This document shows positions 36,490 through 50,000 of a DNA stretch of 64,000 nucleotides, piece by piece (the stretch's first letter is position 1; every line of letters starts with the position of its first letter). Location of the stretch: the NCBI GenBank assembly GCA_964252035.1, contig OZ176204.1; one strand, written 5' to 3'. The notes under the pieces are model-generated. The model ran no database searches. It worked only from the letters and a program-made list of their open reading frames with translations, and was not told where the DNA came from. Made by a program: the position numbers and the translations under genes. The DNA is from Podarcis erhardii. Taxonomy: Eukaryota.

Positions 36490-37460
36490 GGAGGTCGCGC
36501 CTCGTGAGAGTTTTAGGAGGCGACTGAGGAGCAAGTGAGCGGGGGGGGGGGGGGCAAGACTAGCAGCCGCCGGCTACGAGCCCAGGCCAGCTCCCGCTGT
36601 CGGGGGCGCTGGCCCCGCTCGCTTTCTTCCGCCCCCCGCCCCCGCCCCCTGCAGAGTGGTAGCCCGGGTCACGGACGATCCTCTTCCTGGGGCTGGCAGA
36701 GAGAGGGCGGAGCGGAGGCCGGGCTCCTGCCGCCGAGTCACATGCTCACCTGGAGAAGGAGGAGGAGCGCGAAGTGTCTCCCAGGGCCGGGGGATCCTCC
36801 CCGGCTCAGATCCCCAGCTCTTCGCGGAGTAGCGGCTGCGGCGGCGACGGCGGCGGAGGCAGGCATTGGAGCCGCTGGGCCGGCCTGGGCTGGATCCAAC
36901 CTGAGAGGGCAGCAGACCTTAATCGGCGCCTCCCGTTCCGCAAGACTCCAAAGCCCCGTCTGGAGGGAGGCGGAGGCGGCAGCCGCGCCGCACAAAGTTT
37001 GCGTGCTCGTCCGGAGGGCGGATTGGGGATCCGGCTCCATGCGGAGCGGCAGAGCCCGGAGCCGGGCTCAGGCGGGTAGATCCATCGCAATCGCAGCCTG
37101 GGGTTGTCGCCATGGGCAGCTGCGTGGGGAGGCAACACCGAGAGCGGCCGACCACCCCGGGGCACCCGCGCAAGAGAGCAGGTGAGCGCCGCCGGTCAGG
37201 CACCCTCTCGGTGCCGTGGCAGCCGGAACGGGCAAGGGAATCTGGGCCGCTGGAAACACAGCCGGGGTTGGGCCCTTGCAGACACTCCCCTGGGGGCCCT
37301 TTGCTGGAGAATTAACTTGTCTCAGATCCCCCACTCCCAACTGCCGCCATAATCGGGCACCGAGACCACTGCCAAGAATGGGAATAGGGCACCACTCTGC
37401 AATTGTCTTGAGTGGGCATCGGATCTTTCAGGATTGGGCCCGGATGAGGGCATAGCGGAG
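36490..37460 (+). promoter_or_regulatory. CpG-island promoter and 5' UTR of UBTD1
   Basis: CpG-dense block with CCGCCC/GGGCGG boxes spanning exon 1, divergent from the MMS19 island. Confidence 0.8.
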
Positions 37461-39121
37461 CGGACGGTAGTCTATGTGCTTCCTCTCCTGTTAGCGATGG
37501 GAAGATTCGGTTTGGGGGGATTTTTAAATGACCTGGATCTACTGGGTGGTCTGTACTTCCTCGGGGAAGCGTGTGGGATGTGTGTTAGTAAATGTATTGG
37601 TGGAGTAAGGCTCCCTGGAGCGATTTGGGTTTCTACTGATCCCTTAACTCCGTGTTTAGGAAGAGTGTGTGGGATGTCCCAGAAACTCGCCTACCGGATT
37701 TATGTAAGAGCCAGTCCGGCCCGTCTCACCAGATGGGTTGGAAGTGCAAACTACTGTTTCCCCACTGGCTCAGAAGTACAAGTTTGGGCTTGGGGCTGCT
37801 CTGAGGTCAGTGGGCTGCCACCTCAGGTTTCAAATCAGAGTAATTTTATTTATTATTGCACATTTACTAAAAGCACTTTTATGCAGCTTTATGTGTTGTT
37901 GCGGAAACAAGTAGTGCACAAATCGTAATAAGATGCATTGTAAGCCATACAAAAATAAAAGAGCAATATAAAATCCAAATGATACAGTGTGCATAGATGT
38001 GTGGCTAGGTCCTAGCAAGAACATTTCCTTTGCCCTTGCTGCTTGATTGGAAACTTGTCCTGCAAACCATCATCAGGTACTCTGGTACTCTGGTACTCTG
38101 CTAGAGAGATTGCAGCCTTCTCTGAACCTAGGTGCGGAAATTCATGTCCATTTCCAGGTTCAAGGGCCCTCCCTGCTAAGTCTCCTGCAAAATGATAAGA
38201 ATTGAGCTAGCTTAGGCTTTGCTGCCAGAGTCTGTGCATGTGACCCTGTGTGGTGTGTGCCCATGTGCGCAAGACCTGACCTGACTTTTCTTAGTCCAGG
38301 TCAGTCAAGAGCACAATTGGTTCCCACCCCAGACGGCTCAGATCAGCCTCACTGCTGGAGCTGCATTAGTTGGATCAATAGCAGAAACCGCTTTAACTCA
38401 ACAAGCTCATCAGCAGTATTTGGCATCTGCGGTGGTGCACACACACATTGATGCAGGGTTTCTGGAGACAGAACAGTCGACTTTTCAGCAAGAGAGAGGC
38501 CTTTGTGGACATGAGAGCATCTAAGGTACAGTCTCTGTGTACGGCTGCTAAGGGTTGATTATGGTTTTTCAGATTATTGGTGGTGCTAGAGCCCTGATTA
38601 AAACCATGCGCTTGCACTGCCAAAGTGATAGGTGACACCTCCTCACATGCTTCCTATAAATGGGTATTTTGGGAAGTGTTGTTTAGGGGCTCCCAGGCAG
38701 CCACTCTGCAGTTGCTACTCTGATTTCACAAAGAATTGTGTCCTGAGGTGTCCCTCCACGATGCCGTGAGACTGGATTTAACTTTGCTGAGCCCTGCACA
38801 TACACCGAGACTGGACCCCACCAGCAGCACACACTGTCTGCTCTGATCTATAGTTCATGGTGGTCTGAACAAGGTATGCATCTCTGCATGTTCCCGCTGG
38901 AGAACTTTACCCACTCTAATAGAGATTGGGCTAATAGGACTCCTTGGCAGAAACCCTGAAATGCTTTGGCACCATAGTGGCTATTTCACTGTGTGGCACG
39001 AAGGTTTATACTTGACACCCTGCTTTATATGATACTTGAAGTGCTCACTTCATGCCTCAGGTATAGGAAGCTGTTGTCTATGAAAGCACAATAAACTAGT
39101 CTTGAAAGTGCCATGGCACTT

Positions 39122-39173
<52 letters not shown>

Positions 39174-42100
39174 TGCTACTGACCTAAATGCTTCCAACTA
39201 CACTTCTGGAATTTATTTCTTGGAAGACCTGAGCATGTACTTTAAAACCAAAAGTAAACACTTGGCACAGTTTGTAAGTCTTTCTTGGCAAATCGCTCTG
39301 GGCAGGAATGCCTAGCTTTTGCTTGTGGGGAGCACTGGCTGGAATCTCTATTGCTGTTGGGCTGGGTTGTGAGAAACAGGAAACACTAGCTTCCTTGTAG
39401 AGCTCATGTTTTGCATGTAGAAGGTCCCAGGATCAATCCCTGCTATCTCCACAAATTGCTGGGAAAGCCCTCTGCATTAAATCCTGGAGAACATCTGACA
39501 GTAAGTGTAGACAATAGTGAACTTGATGGAGCAGTGCCTTGACTTAATACTTAGTTCCATGCTGGGAAAAGGATTTAAGATTTTGTTAGTCTAATATCTT
39601 ATACAGCAGGGAGCTGGCACCAAGAAGCAGGATCTTCTGGGACAGGATACACTACTCAAAAAGAATAAAGTTTACCCTAATGCATTTAGTCCTTTTGTTT
39701 AACTGTTTTTGCAAGCATGTCGGACTCCTGCTTTTGTTGGGCTGCAGTCCTACCCACTCTTACCAGGGAGTAATCCATATTGAGCACACATCGGGACTTG
39801 CTTTGAAGCGAAAATGCATAAAAGTGTGTTCGTTAGGGAGCAGGCTATCTCCCTGCCGCAGAAATCTTGAGCTGCTCTGAGGCTTTGTGGTGGTGTTTAC
39901 CTTAAGTGCTTATGAAGAGTTGGGCTGGCACTCCTGGTGATGTATTGCTGGCATTTTGCAAACGCAGGCAGTGTGAGCTGAGCTGAGTCTTCAAGAAACA
40001 GCAAAAACATGTCCCTGATCTACGCATCCAAGAGTGTGAACTGGAAACTGTGCAGTCAAGTGCAATGCAAGCGTTTTGGCTGATGGGGTCTGCTGAGTTC
40101 TGGACTAAGCAAGTGTGGACTTTAAAAATATTTGGGGGTGTGAGTTGTACCAGAAGCTTAGAGACCAACAAAGGGAAGCTCTTACAGAAGGACTCTTCTT
40201 TCACTAGAGAAAAATAAAAATAAAAGGGAAAAAGCCCTGATTGGGTTAAGGGCATTGAAGATCCCATGGAACTATGAAAATAATTTGGAGCACTGATACC
40301 ATTGCTGAACTCCAGCACAAGAATACCCAGCCAGATGGGCGGGGTACAAATAATAAATTATTATTATTATTATTATTATTATTACTTTTTGCCTCCAGTT
40401 ATGACATAGTGTCAACTTAAAGGCTATGATCTTGGCTTCCGGTCGTAAATTATGGGTCCGTTACTATAAGTCACTGCACTTCATCCCAACAATGGGCTGG
40501 GTGGAATGATACTTAAGTTTCCCTATCCCAACTCTCTTGAGGCTCAGGCTGTTTTGGACACTATGTTCTTGCAGCTTCAGGGTTGTTTCTTGTGTCTGCA
40601 TGCATGGGTAAACATAATATGTAAATTGCTAACACATGGACCTGCTTTACTGATAGGCCTATGAAATCCCATGATGGTTTGGGAATTCTGGTTTTCACAG
40701 GTCTTTTGATGAGTCAGGCCCATATGTTACCAATTTACACATTCAATTTGCCCGTGCATGCACATGACGTCACTGAAATGATTCCTACATATGCCACGCA
40801 AGTGTAGCGTGTGAACCTACCCTGGAAGAAACTCATCAGCGGGTTTGGGTGTTGTGCAATGTGCAGTTGCCTGGCATGCTTCTTTCTCCGAGTACACCCT
40901 ATCATAATCAGAAACTGGCCCCACCAAGGGACTGCAGGACTGACTCATGCCTTTGCTCTGCTCATGCAGCCACGGATTGCAACTGCCTGCGTGTTGCTCC
41001 CTGCAATAATTACTGTTTTGTAGGAGGCAGAGAAAGGGAAACAGGAAATGGGGAGGGCTGGGTAAGTGGGCTGAGAGCAACACTTGTAAGTTACACCTTC
41101 CCAAAGAGGAGGCTGACTGCAGCTGATCCATAAAGAACAAGCAGGGGGGCTGGATATCATATGTAGAGGGAGAGAGGACTTCAGAGAATCATAGGGCTGG
41201 AGGAGAGGTGGGCTTATAGGCCACCAGGTCTCATCCCTGCTTGAAGAGACCACCACCACCACCACCTTCCTTGATGAGAATTCTTCCTTGTGTCACCACA
41301 AGCGTATTGCTGTTGAGTCTCTTTCTTTTTGCTGGCCCCTGCTTGCCCTGCCTCTGTTGATGTTATTGACTGATTTGCTTTGATGCTGTAGGTAGGCAGG
41401 GAGTTGACCTGTGCTGTCCAGGAGGTCATACCTGCCTTGACGGCTGTTGGCTTACCTACTCTGATGTCACAATGAGGCTTGCCTGGCTTGATTGTTTGCT
41501 GAGGCCTTGGAATCTGTTGGGTTCTGTGGACTGCAAGCGTCCTAGGTGAGACCAAACTGCTCTTCTGTGGCGAGATGGTCTTTCACGTGATACCATGTGG
41601 GTGCTGAGTCAGATCTGTTGAGCCATCCTGGGGCTTTTGAGAAAGAGGGACTTGTGGTTTCTAAGGTAAGGGAAAGCTAGAATGTTAAATACAGTGGTAC
41701 CTCGGGTTACATATGCTTCAGGTTACATACGCTTCAGGTTACAGACTCCGCTAACCCGGAAATAGTGCTTCAGGTTAAGAATTTTGCTTCAGGATGAGAA
41801 CAGAAATCGTGCTCCGGCGGTGCTGCAGCAGCGGAAGGCCCGATTAGCTAAAGTGGTGCTTCAGGTTAAGAACAGTTTCAGGTTAAGAACGGACCTCCAG
41901 AACAAATTAAGTACTTAACCTGAGGTACCACTCTACATGTGATTGACTCGCGTGCAACCGCATATACGTGTGGTGCCAGGAAATAATTAAATTGTTCAAT
42001 TCAAATTGGAAATGGTGGGAGAGCTGGAGAATCCTCATGGCTGGAGCCTGAAAAGGACGACAGTGAAGGCAGAGGAAGCCCCAAAGAGACGGGAGGTGCA

Positions 42101-45100
42101 GTGGCACTTTGTTTACACTGCTCAACCTTCCCACCTAACAGCTGATGTGTGGAGTAGCGCAGCAGCAGCTACTTTCCCTCATGTCCTCCAGCCTCCTACC
42201 AGTCCTAGAGCTTCAATTCTAGTTGTGGATATTTCTGGTATGAATTGAAGAAGAGTGGCAGAGAGGTTGTTTAGAAGGTGCTCCCCACTTTATGCGATTT
42301 CACTTATGCACACGAGGGCCCAGAACGTAACCCACACATAAATGAGGGGGGTGCCTGTACTGAACTATTCTATGGTGGTACAGTATTTTAGAATAAATGG
42401 TGCTGTAATGACCCTACCAGCCCTGCTGGGGTAAGACAATGGATTAGTAGACTGGGAAGTTTTTCCGAACTGGCTGAAATTATGATAGTGGTACCAACAT
42501 AGTGTGAGCTGATCAATGTGTTCTGATAGGGCCCAGCCCCTGGGCAAGCAGGTATTCTTTATTACTGTCTATTTTCTGCCCTTTTTCATTTGTGTGATTA
42601 AATTCCCTGTTTTGGATTGAGCTTTGGTTTGGATTTATTGCCTGGTTCAGTTGAAGGATGGGTGCAGACCCATGATCCTGGTTATCTTTGTGTCCCACGG
42701 GTCAGATTTTAACCCCCTGGTTATTTAGTGGAAGTCCCACCCTGTCTGTCTCTGTTACTACAAGAGCATCTTGCAAGGTTGGAAGCTGTGTGTCTCCCAC
42801 CCTCTTTCTTCTTTGGCATGGTTCAGGTTTTCAGTAAGCTAGCCCTGTTACCTGCATGCAACAGTTCCTCTGGCAGGCTTTAATCTGTGCCCAGCCCCCA
42901 GCTCCCAGGCCTGATTGTTTGCTTAGCTCAGAAGGTGTTGCCCAGATGCCTCCCTGCAGAGCAGCTTAGGCAGGAATTCACACCTGGGAGCCTAAGTTTA
43001 CACTTACTGCTGCTTGAGGGTGTGGCATAGTCAGTGGCCTTCAGAACCGTCAGGTAACAGATGTGCACAGGCTGTCAATTTAAAGGGGCAGATTTAGGGT
43101 ATCTTATTGCAATGCCCCCTGCCTTGTGATTCATTCCTGTCCTGCTGCATCTTGGTGAAAGACAAGATTGCCTGCAGCTGAGCCCGTTCTGTGTTGACCA
43201 GATCAAAATAGGACAGGATTTCTGCACCTTTAATAGTTGTGTGGAGGAGGAAATTTTGATGGCTACAGCTTGTCACATTGCAGAGCTGAGAGAAACTGCA
43301 CCCAGTAGAATTCTCCTGTCTGCTCAACTGTTTTGGGGCCATATCCTGAGCTGCGTTTGGTTAGCCTAGCTGACTCACAAAGCTGGGGTCCTTATTTGCT
43401 GACAGGCTGGCGCGCCACTGCCTGTTCATTGTATTCGTAACCCTCCCCTCTTCTGCACCATGTGGCACTTCCCTAGAGTGCACAGGAAGAGCAGTGCCAA
43501 CATGACTTCAGTTAATGTGGCTTTTTCAGCAGACTTCTTTTTTTCTTCTACTGTTTGGGCCCTGGAGTCAATTTTGCAAGGCTGGTGCTGGGAGACCGTT
43601 CTGGCTTTGCCCAGTCGAAACCAGAATACAGTTCTCAGGGAAACAAATGCCCTTTGCGACATAACCCAGCATGGCTCATAAGAACATAAGAAGAGCCTGC
43701 TAGATCAGGCCAACAGTCCATCCAGCATCCTGTTCTCACAGTGGTCAAACAGATCACTGTGGGAAACACACTAGCAAGACCCAAGCCCACCAGCACCCTG
43801 CCCACCTGCAGTTTCCAACAACTGATATTCAGAGATTTACTGCTTCTCGCAAAGGAGGTGCTACATAGTTACTGTGGCTAAAAAAGGTAAAGGGACCCCT
43901 GACAATTAAGTCCAGTCATAAACAACTCTGCGGTTGCGGCGCTCATCTCGCTTTACTGGCCGAGGGAGCTGGCGTACAGCTTCCAGGTCATGTGGCCAGG
44001 TCATGTGGCGTACAGCTTCCAGGTCATGTGGCCAGCATGACTAAGCTGCTTCTGGGGAAACAAGAGCAGCGCATGGAAGTGCCATTTACCTTCCTGCCGG
44101 AGCTGTACCTATTTATCTACTTGCACTTTGACGTGCTTTCGAACTGCTAGGTTGGCAGGAGCAGGGACCGAACAACGGGAGCTTACCTCGTTGTGGTGAT
44201 TAGAACCTTCCAATCGGCAAGCTCAGGGCTTAGTGGTTTACACCACAGTGCCACCTGCGTCCCTAGTTTCTAGTAGCCATCAATTTACCATCTCCTCCAT
44301 GAATTTGTCTAATCCTCTTTTTAAAACCATCCAAGTTGGTGATCATCACTGCCTCCTTCAGGAACGAGTTCCACCGTTTATGTGCTGCTTGAAGAAGTAC
44401 TTTCTCTTATCTGTCCTGAATCTTTCAATATTAATTGTACGCCAATGAGTTCTAGTGTTGTGAGAGAGGGCGAAAAATCTTTTCTCCATCCACCTTCTCC
44501 ACACTGTGCATAATTCTATGTCACCTCCCACTTACCTTTCTCTAAACAAAAAGTTCTGGATGGCCTCATTAAAGGGGGGGGGGGAATCTTGGATGATCCC
44601 GCAGCCAACTCTGACATTTTCCAGCACCATGTAACGTAATTCAGGGGGCAGGAGTGTCCTTGGCTAATGCATCATGTATTTACCAATCCTGGTGGTGGTT
44701 CCCTTCAGAAAATGCTGATCCCTTCTGTTTTCTTGCAGAATGCCTCTTTTGTGCACAGGCAATTTGTCATCCAAGGGCTCATGCAGGGCAGAAGGGAGAA
44801 AGAGAGTGGGCACAGCTGTGTCTGAAGGGCATGTCCAGGCAAGAAACGACAGAGCTGTGTTAACACAGTGCATGGGAGCATCTTGCTTCCAGCAACACAA
44901 AAAACAAAATGCTTATGCCCTTTGTGTATCCCCTTCTGTGACCACAGATGCTACGTTTATGCTGTGTTGTCCCCAGATGACTTCTGGATGTGCAGTATTC
45001 CAGCCTCCTCTGTTCCTGTCAGGGTGCTTATTAATGTGTGTTGCTAAGGAGCTGTGCCTGCCCACCGGCAGATTCCCAAGGATGGGCAGTTGAGGAGTTG

Positions 45101-47046
45101 TGATTTACTGCATTCACACAAAACAGACAACACTTGTAGGGAGAGATGTTCAGGATCCTGAGGCTTAGTCGTCATCTTCTGTACCTGGTTCTCTGCCTTG
45201 TCCTGGCAGGAACTCTTTCATTCCCAACTCATTTCCATATTTGCCACATGTGGTTTTATGAGGCTCCTAAATCATCCCTCCCTCCCTGTGTTTCTCTGTG
45301 AAACCTCTTCACCGGGGCCTAACAGACTGTTACTGATTGCAGGCTGCACACCAGTCTTCAAGTCCATTGAGCTTTCTCCCTGCCTTCTGCTTTTGGTGCA
45401 GGAATTGCTCTCTTGTTTCCTTGCTATGCTGCGTGAGGGCACACATGAAGCGTTTTGAAAACAGTAGCGTGCTATATGGAAACCATCGCTGTTATGTATA
45501 TTTTCAGCTCAGGAATATTGCCGGCTCAAGAATAGCAGGAGGATTAACGTTCAGTGTGTCGTTATCACATGCAGTCTCTACCTTCATAAGGACCTAATAA
45601 GAGCCCTGCTAAGTCAGACCTAAGGCATCTGTAGCCCAGCATCCTGTTTCCCACACTGGCCAACCAGATGCTTATGGGAAGGAATCCCACAAGAACTTGA
45701 GAACAATACAGTGGTACCTCGGGTTAAGTACTTAATTCATTCCGGAGGTCTGTTCTTAACCTGAAACTGTTCTTAACCTGAAGCACCACTTTAGCTAATG
45801 GGGCCTCCTGCTGCTGCCGCGCCGCCGGAGCACGATTTCTGTTCTCATCCTGAAGCAAAGTTCTTAACCTGAGGTACTATTTCTGGGTTAGTGGAGTCTG
45901 TAACCTGAAGCGTATGTAACCCGAGGTACCACTGTAGTCCTTTCCCACTGTCGTTTCCCTGCAACTGGTGTTCAGAGGAACTAGAAGCACTATGTCCTGG
46001 TGTAGCAAGCAGCCATCATGACTGGTAGACTGTGAGAAGCCATGAATTTATTAACACCCCTTTTAAAGATTTTCAGCTAGTAACCATCACCACAAACACC
46101 AGGAAACTAGAGTTTCTTAGGTTCTGCCAGTGGCATTCACAAGGGGTCCTAACATTGGCTTTGAGGGTTTTGGCAATGATATTTGGTACACCCTGAAGCA
46201 GTAGAAAGCATGTTGCAAGATAATGGCCCACTGGGCTGAGGATAAATTCTGAGCTCGGCCTTGCCTGTCCTCTCCTTATTCCCTGTCCTGCCCACATCTT
46301 TGTGGTCTTGGTGTTAAACAGCTGGTTCCTATTCTGTGCTGTCACCTTCCTAATTCTCATATTTCAGTTGGATCCAGCACATTCCGTTTAACAGTTTGCT
46401 CTGTTTTGCTTCTGGGTACTTGGTTTCCAAAGGAATTAAGAATCACATATTCCTACATTGAAGCAGATGCCACCTGACTCAGGAGAGGCAATGGCAGAAA
46501 GACCACTATAAGTTGTCTTATGTTGTTCAGACTGGCTACATGGTTCCCCCCCCCCCCCAGCTTGCCTGATTTAGAGTGAGATTTATTTCCCACATTGCCA
46601 ATGCTCAGTTTCAGAGGGGTAGTCAGGTCAGTCTATACAGTGGTACCTCGGGTTAAGAACTTACCGTAATTCATTCCGGAGGTCTGTTCTTAACCTGAAG
46701 CACCACTTTAGCTAATGGGGCCTCCTGCTGCTGCTGCGCCGCCGCTTCACGATTTATGTTCTCATCCTGAAGCAAAGTTTTTAACCCGAGGTAATATTTC
46801 TGGGTTAGCGAAGTCTGTAACCTGAAGTGTATGTAACCCGAGGTACCACTGTATTGTAGCAAAAGCAGCAAAAATACCTTTTTGTGGCTGTTGCCTACAT
46901 ATTTGGTAAGAGTCTGCCTCAGTTTTGTGCATTTTATGGTATTTTCTGACCCGAGATCCTTAGTCCAACAGACCACAAACATTCATTTCTTCTCAGTTAC
47001 ACTTGTTTCTTGATTCACCTGTACAGAGGAAGAAAGACTTTTAAAA

Positions 47047-47096
<50 letters not shown>

Positions 47097-50000
47097 TGCG
47101 TGTGTCCGTGTCCCCAGCATGAACTTAGTGTAGCTTGTCTCTTTCCTGTGTGCCATTTCACACAGGGATCCCATAAATCTAATATAATGGTTGTCTTGAT
47201 ATACGATCAAATGTTTTAATTCTTCTTTGTGAGGCTAGCGTAGGAGAGCCACTTTATCAAGTCATGAGCTGTTCCTTCCTGTCTCAAAAAGGTAGCTGAA
47301 GTCATTTTTTAAATGCCATGGGAAAACCAGTCTAGCAACTTGAAACCTGGCTTCCCCTCACCCACAGAGGAACACCTTGCTTCTGTAGTCAGCTACTGAA
47401 CCTGCCTTCTCATTCCTTTGTCTAATGATTAAGAGTCCATTGCTTCCTAAGACTGTCCTAAAGACTGTCATGTACTGTATACGTTTTACATTTGGCTCCC
47501 TCCTTCACACAGCCTTTGGGGTCACACCCTCCCATAATCTGAGTAACGTTAGACATGCCATCATTTGTTTTGCACTAACAGGATGAACCATTTTAATATC
47601 ATACCCCCAAGTAACCCAGAAATCAGCATGTTTTCTTTGTAGCGTATAATTATGTCTGTAATTTTGGTCTTGTTTGCCACAGAGATGACTGGGCCAGGTG
47701 CAAATGTAAGTCCGGGGTGCTCTAGGTATCAAGCGGGACTGTCAGGCTTGAGGGTGCTGAGTTTGAAACATGGCAGATTAGAGATCTTGCCTGATTCCCT
47801 TCTGGCATGTTGCAAACACAGTCCATGTGCTGCCTGTACAGGTGAGCTTCCCGATGGTAGAGCTAGAGATTGTGTTTCTGGGGAATAAAGAAGAAAGAAT
47901 ATTGAAGTGGAGATGGGGGAGGGGTTAGGTTAGGCTTTGCAGAGCAGGAGGGGAGCTCAGCCCATTGTTCTCTGAAGAGGGAGACAGCTGGGGAGTGGGA
48001 GGCAGCCCATCCCCACTTAAGCTGGGGAGAGGGAAGTTTGGGGGGGTGCAGACTCAGGTCAACATGTGATAATGTGTCACTTATCTGAAAACACCCGATC
48101 AGGAGTTGGTGCGAAGTGCATGTGTGTGTGTGTGTGCAGTCAGTGCCCTCCTCCTGCCTTGGTGAAGGAGCCCCAGTTCCTTTGAGACTTGATAGTGATA
48201 GACAAGCAGGCTCCGCTGTGGGGAATCGAAGCTTGTTACAGGGCACAGAGAGAGAGAATCTGACCCACTGCTGGCAATTTCACTTATCAGCTTAGCTAAC
48301 TTGATATTTCCACACTGCACGAGTGCTGGCTGGGCCTAGCAACATCCTTAGTCTTTTTAAAAAATGTGGTTAGTTTTGCAGTACAACAGGTTCTGCAGAG
48401 TGACGATTCCTTAGCATGTTTTTTAAACCTGTTGTCTGTTGATCTCCTCGGATGCCTCCTAGCTCTTATGATTATGATTATGAGATAATAATAGTTGCCT
48501 CCACAGGCAAGTGGAAGTTAGGTAATGCGGTGTGTGTGTGTGCAGATCTTGTTGTCTCTTCACCTGGGTTTGAAAAGGACCCGAATATTTCATTAAAGAA
48601 AACCAATAAATGGCTGCTGGCACAGATGGGGCGATGCTTTTCCTGAGAGTCCCCTATGCACTTGCACTTCTGCTGGAAATGGTGATGAAATATTTGGCTG
48701 GCCGGATCCGTAACCTGATACAATAAGGCTTTGGATACACTCCTCTCTGTAGTGTTGCTGCAACAGCCATGACTCAGTGGTGGAGCACTTCTTTTGCATG
48801 TTAGAAAGTCCCATTCCCTGGCATCTCCACACAGGGCTGGGTTTGTTCTCTGTCTGAAACCCTGGACAGCCAGCAGACAATGCTGAGCTTGATGGTCCAG
48901 TAGTGTGACACTGTATAAGGCAGCCGTTTCCTGTGTCCTTGTGCCTTCTAGGAGGAGACACCCCAGGCAGGATATTTTCTCCCCAGACTCATCAACTCTG
49001 GTACTTGGAGAAAGGACGAAGGAGATTTCACACCACCTTCCACACACAACTGCTGTGTCAGGAATGAGTGGTCCGTCCTGAGCTATTGTGGGATTTTGGG
49101 GGAGCAAAAACCTACACATCACAAAAGGAACATCTTGCAGCAGGGTAAGGTGTCTAGAACCTGTGGCTGAACTGGCTGGACTTTGGTGGCAGTGTCATTA
49201 AATAGCAGCAGCTTTGCACTTGCTACCTAAGGTTGGTAGTGGTTGCCACTCACTACTTCCCTCTCTGCTTTCTGATCATGGATTGAGAGGCTGAAAACAG
49301 TTGTTTGAGATGGATTCCTGTGCACCTTGTGCCTGGTTCTTGAGCTGAGCACCGACTTCATAAAAGACAAAGCAGAGGTCCCGGGTTTGGAAGTAAACTG
49401 GATGTCTCCTAGCTCAACCTCTGAACCAGAGAAGGGCAGACCCAACCTCTCATAATCCTGAAGCTCCTTCCGATAGGGACCACAAAGCTGCCTATCACTT
49501 TAAGAGCTCGGAGAAAGCAAGAGAGCCTGTGCCAGGCAGTGACAGTGCTTCCTGGGCAGAGGGACCATAGCTGCACACTCTCACTGCCTTCTGTCTTTTA
49601 AAGTAGCAGGCAGAATGGCCATAGTTGTTCTGATTAGTGCCTGATTGGCAGGTAGACCTAGAAGCTGTCTCAGGGTTGTCCAATGGGGACCCAGCCTGCT
49701 CTGAAAGCAGCCTTTGTACCTCTTCAGTCAAAGACCATTTCCTCTGCGTGCTGAGTTGCCTGGAGCCAAAGGAATGGTGTCTCTTGTCTATGGAGGTGGC
49801 TGCTGCCTGCCTCTTCCTCTGCCTACTACTGAGCTAATTGTTCCCACGCTAATCTCCTTGAGAAGCTTAACTTAGCTGGGGGCTGGGAGAAGCCAGGAGA
49901 CTCTACCTATGGCCTGGTAATGCCAGCGGCTTGCTGTAGAAAGCAGGTGGCCAAAATAAGTTCTGATTTTGCAGTGCAAGTAGAAGTTATTTCCCTTTGC

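Noticed and set aside
2267-37181. Functional link between ZDHHC16 (palmitoyltransferase) and neighbouring UBTD1 (MGSC acylation motif)
   Set aside because: Adjacency reflects conserved vertebrate synteny; nothing in the sequence supports an enzyme-substrate relationship.
33364-37928. Many overlapping ORFs around the two promoters (for example 33967..34668 and 36535..37185)
   Set aside because: Mostly CpG-island stop-codon depletion; only MMS19 exon 1 and UBTD1 exon 1 have support.
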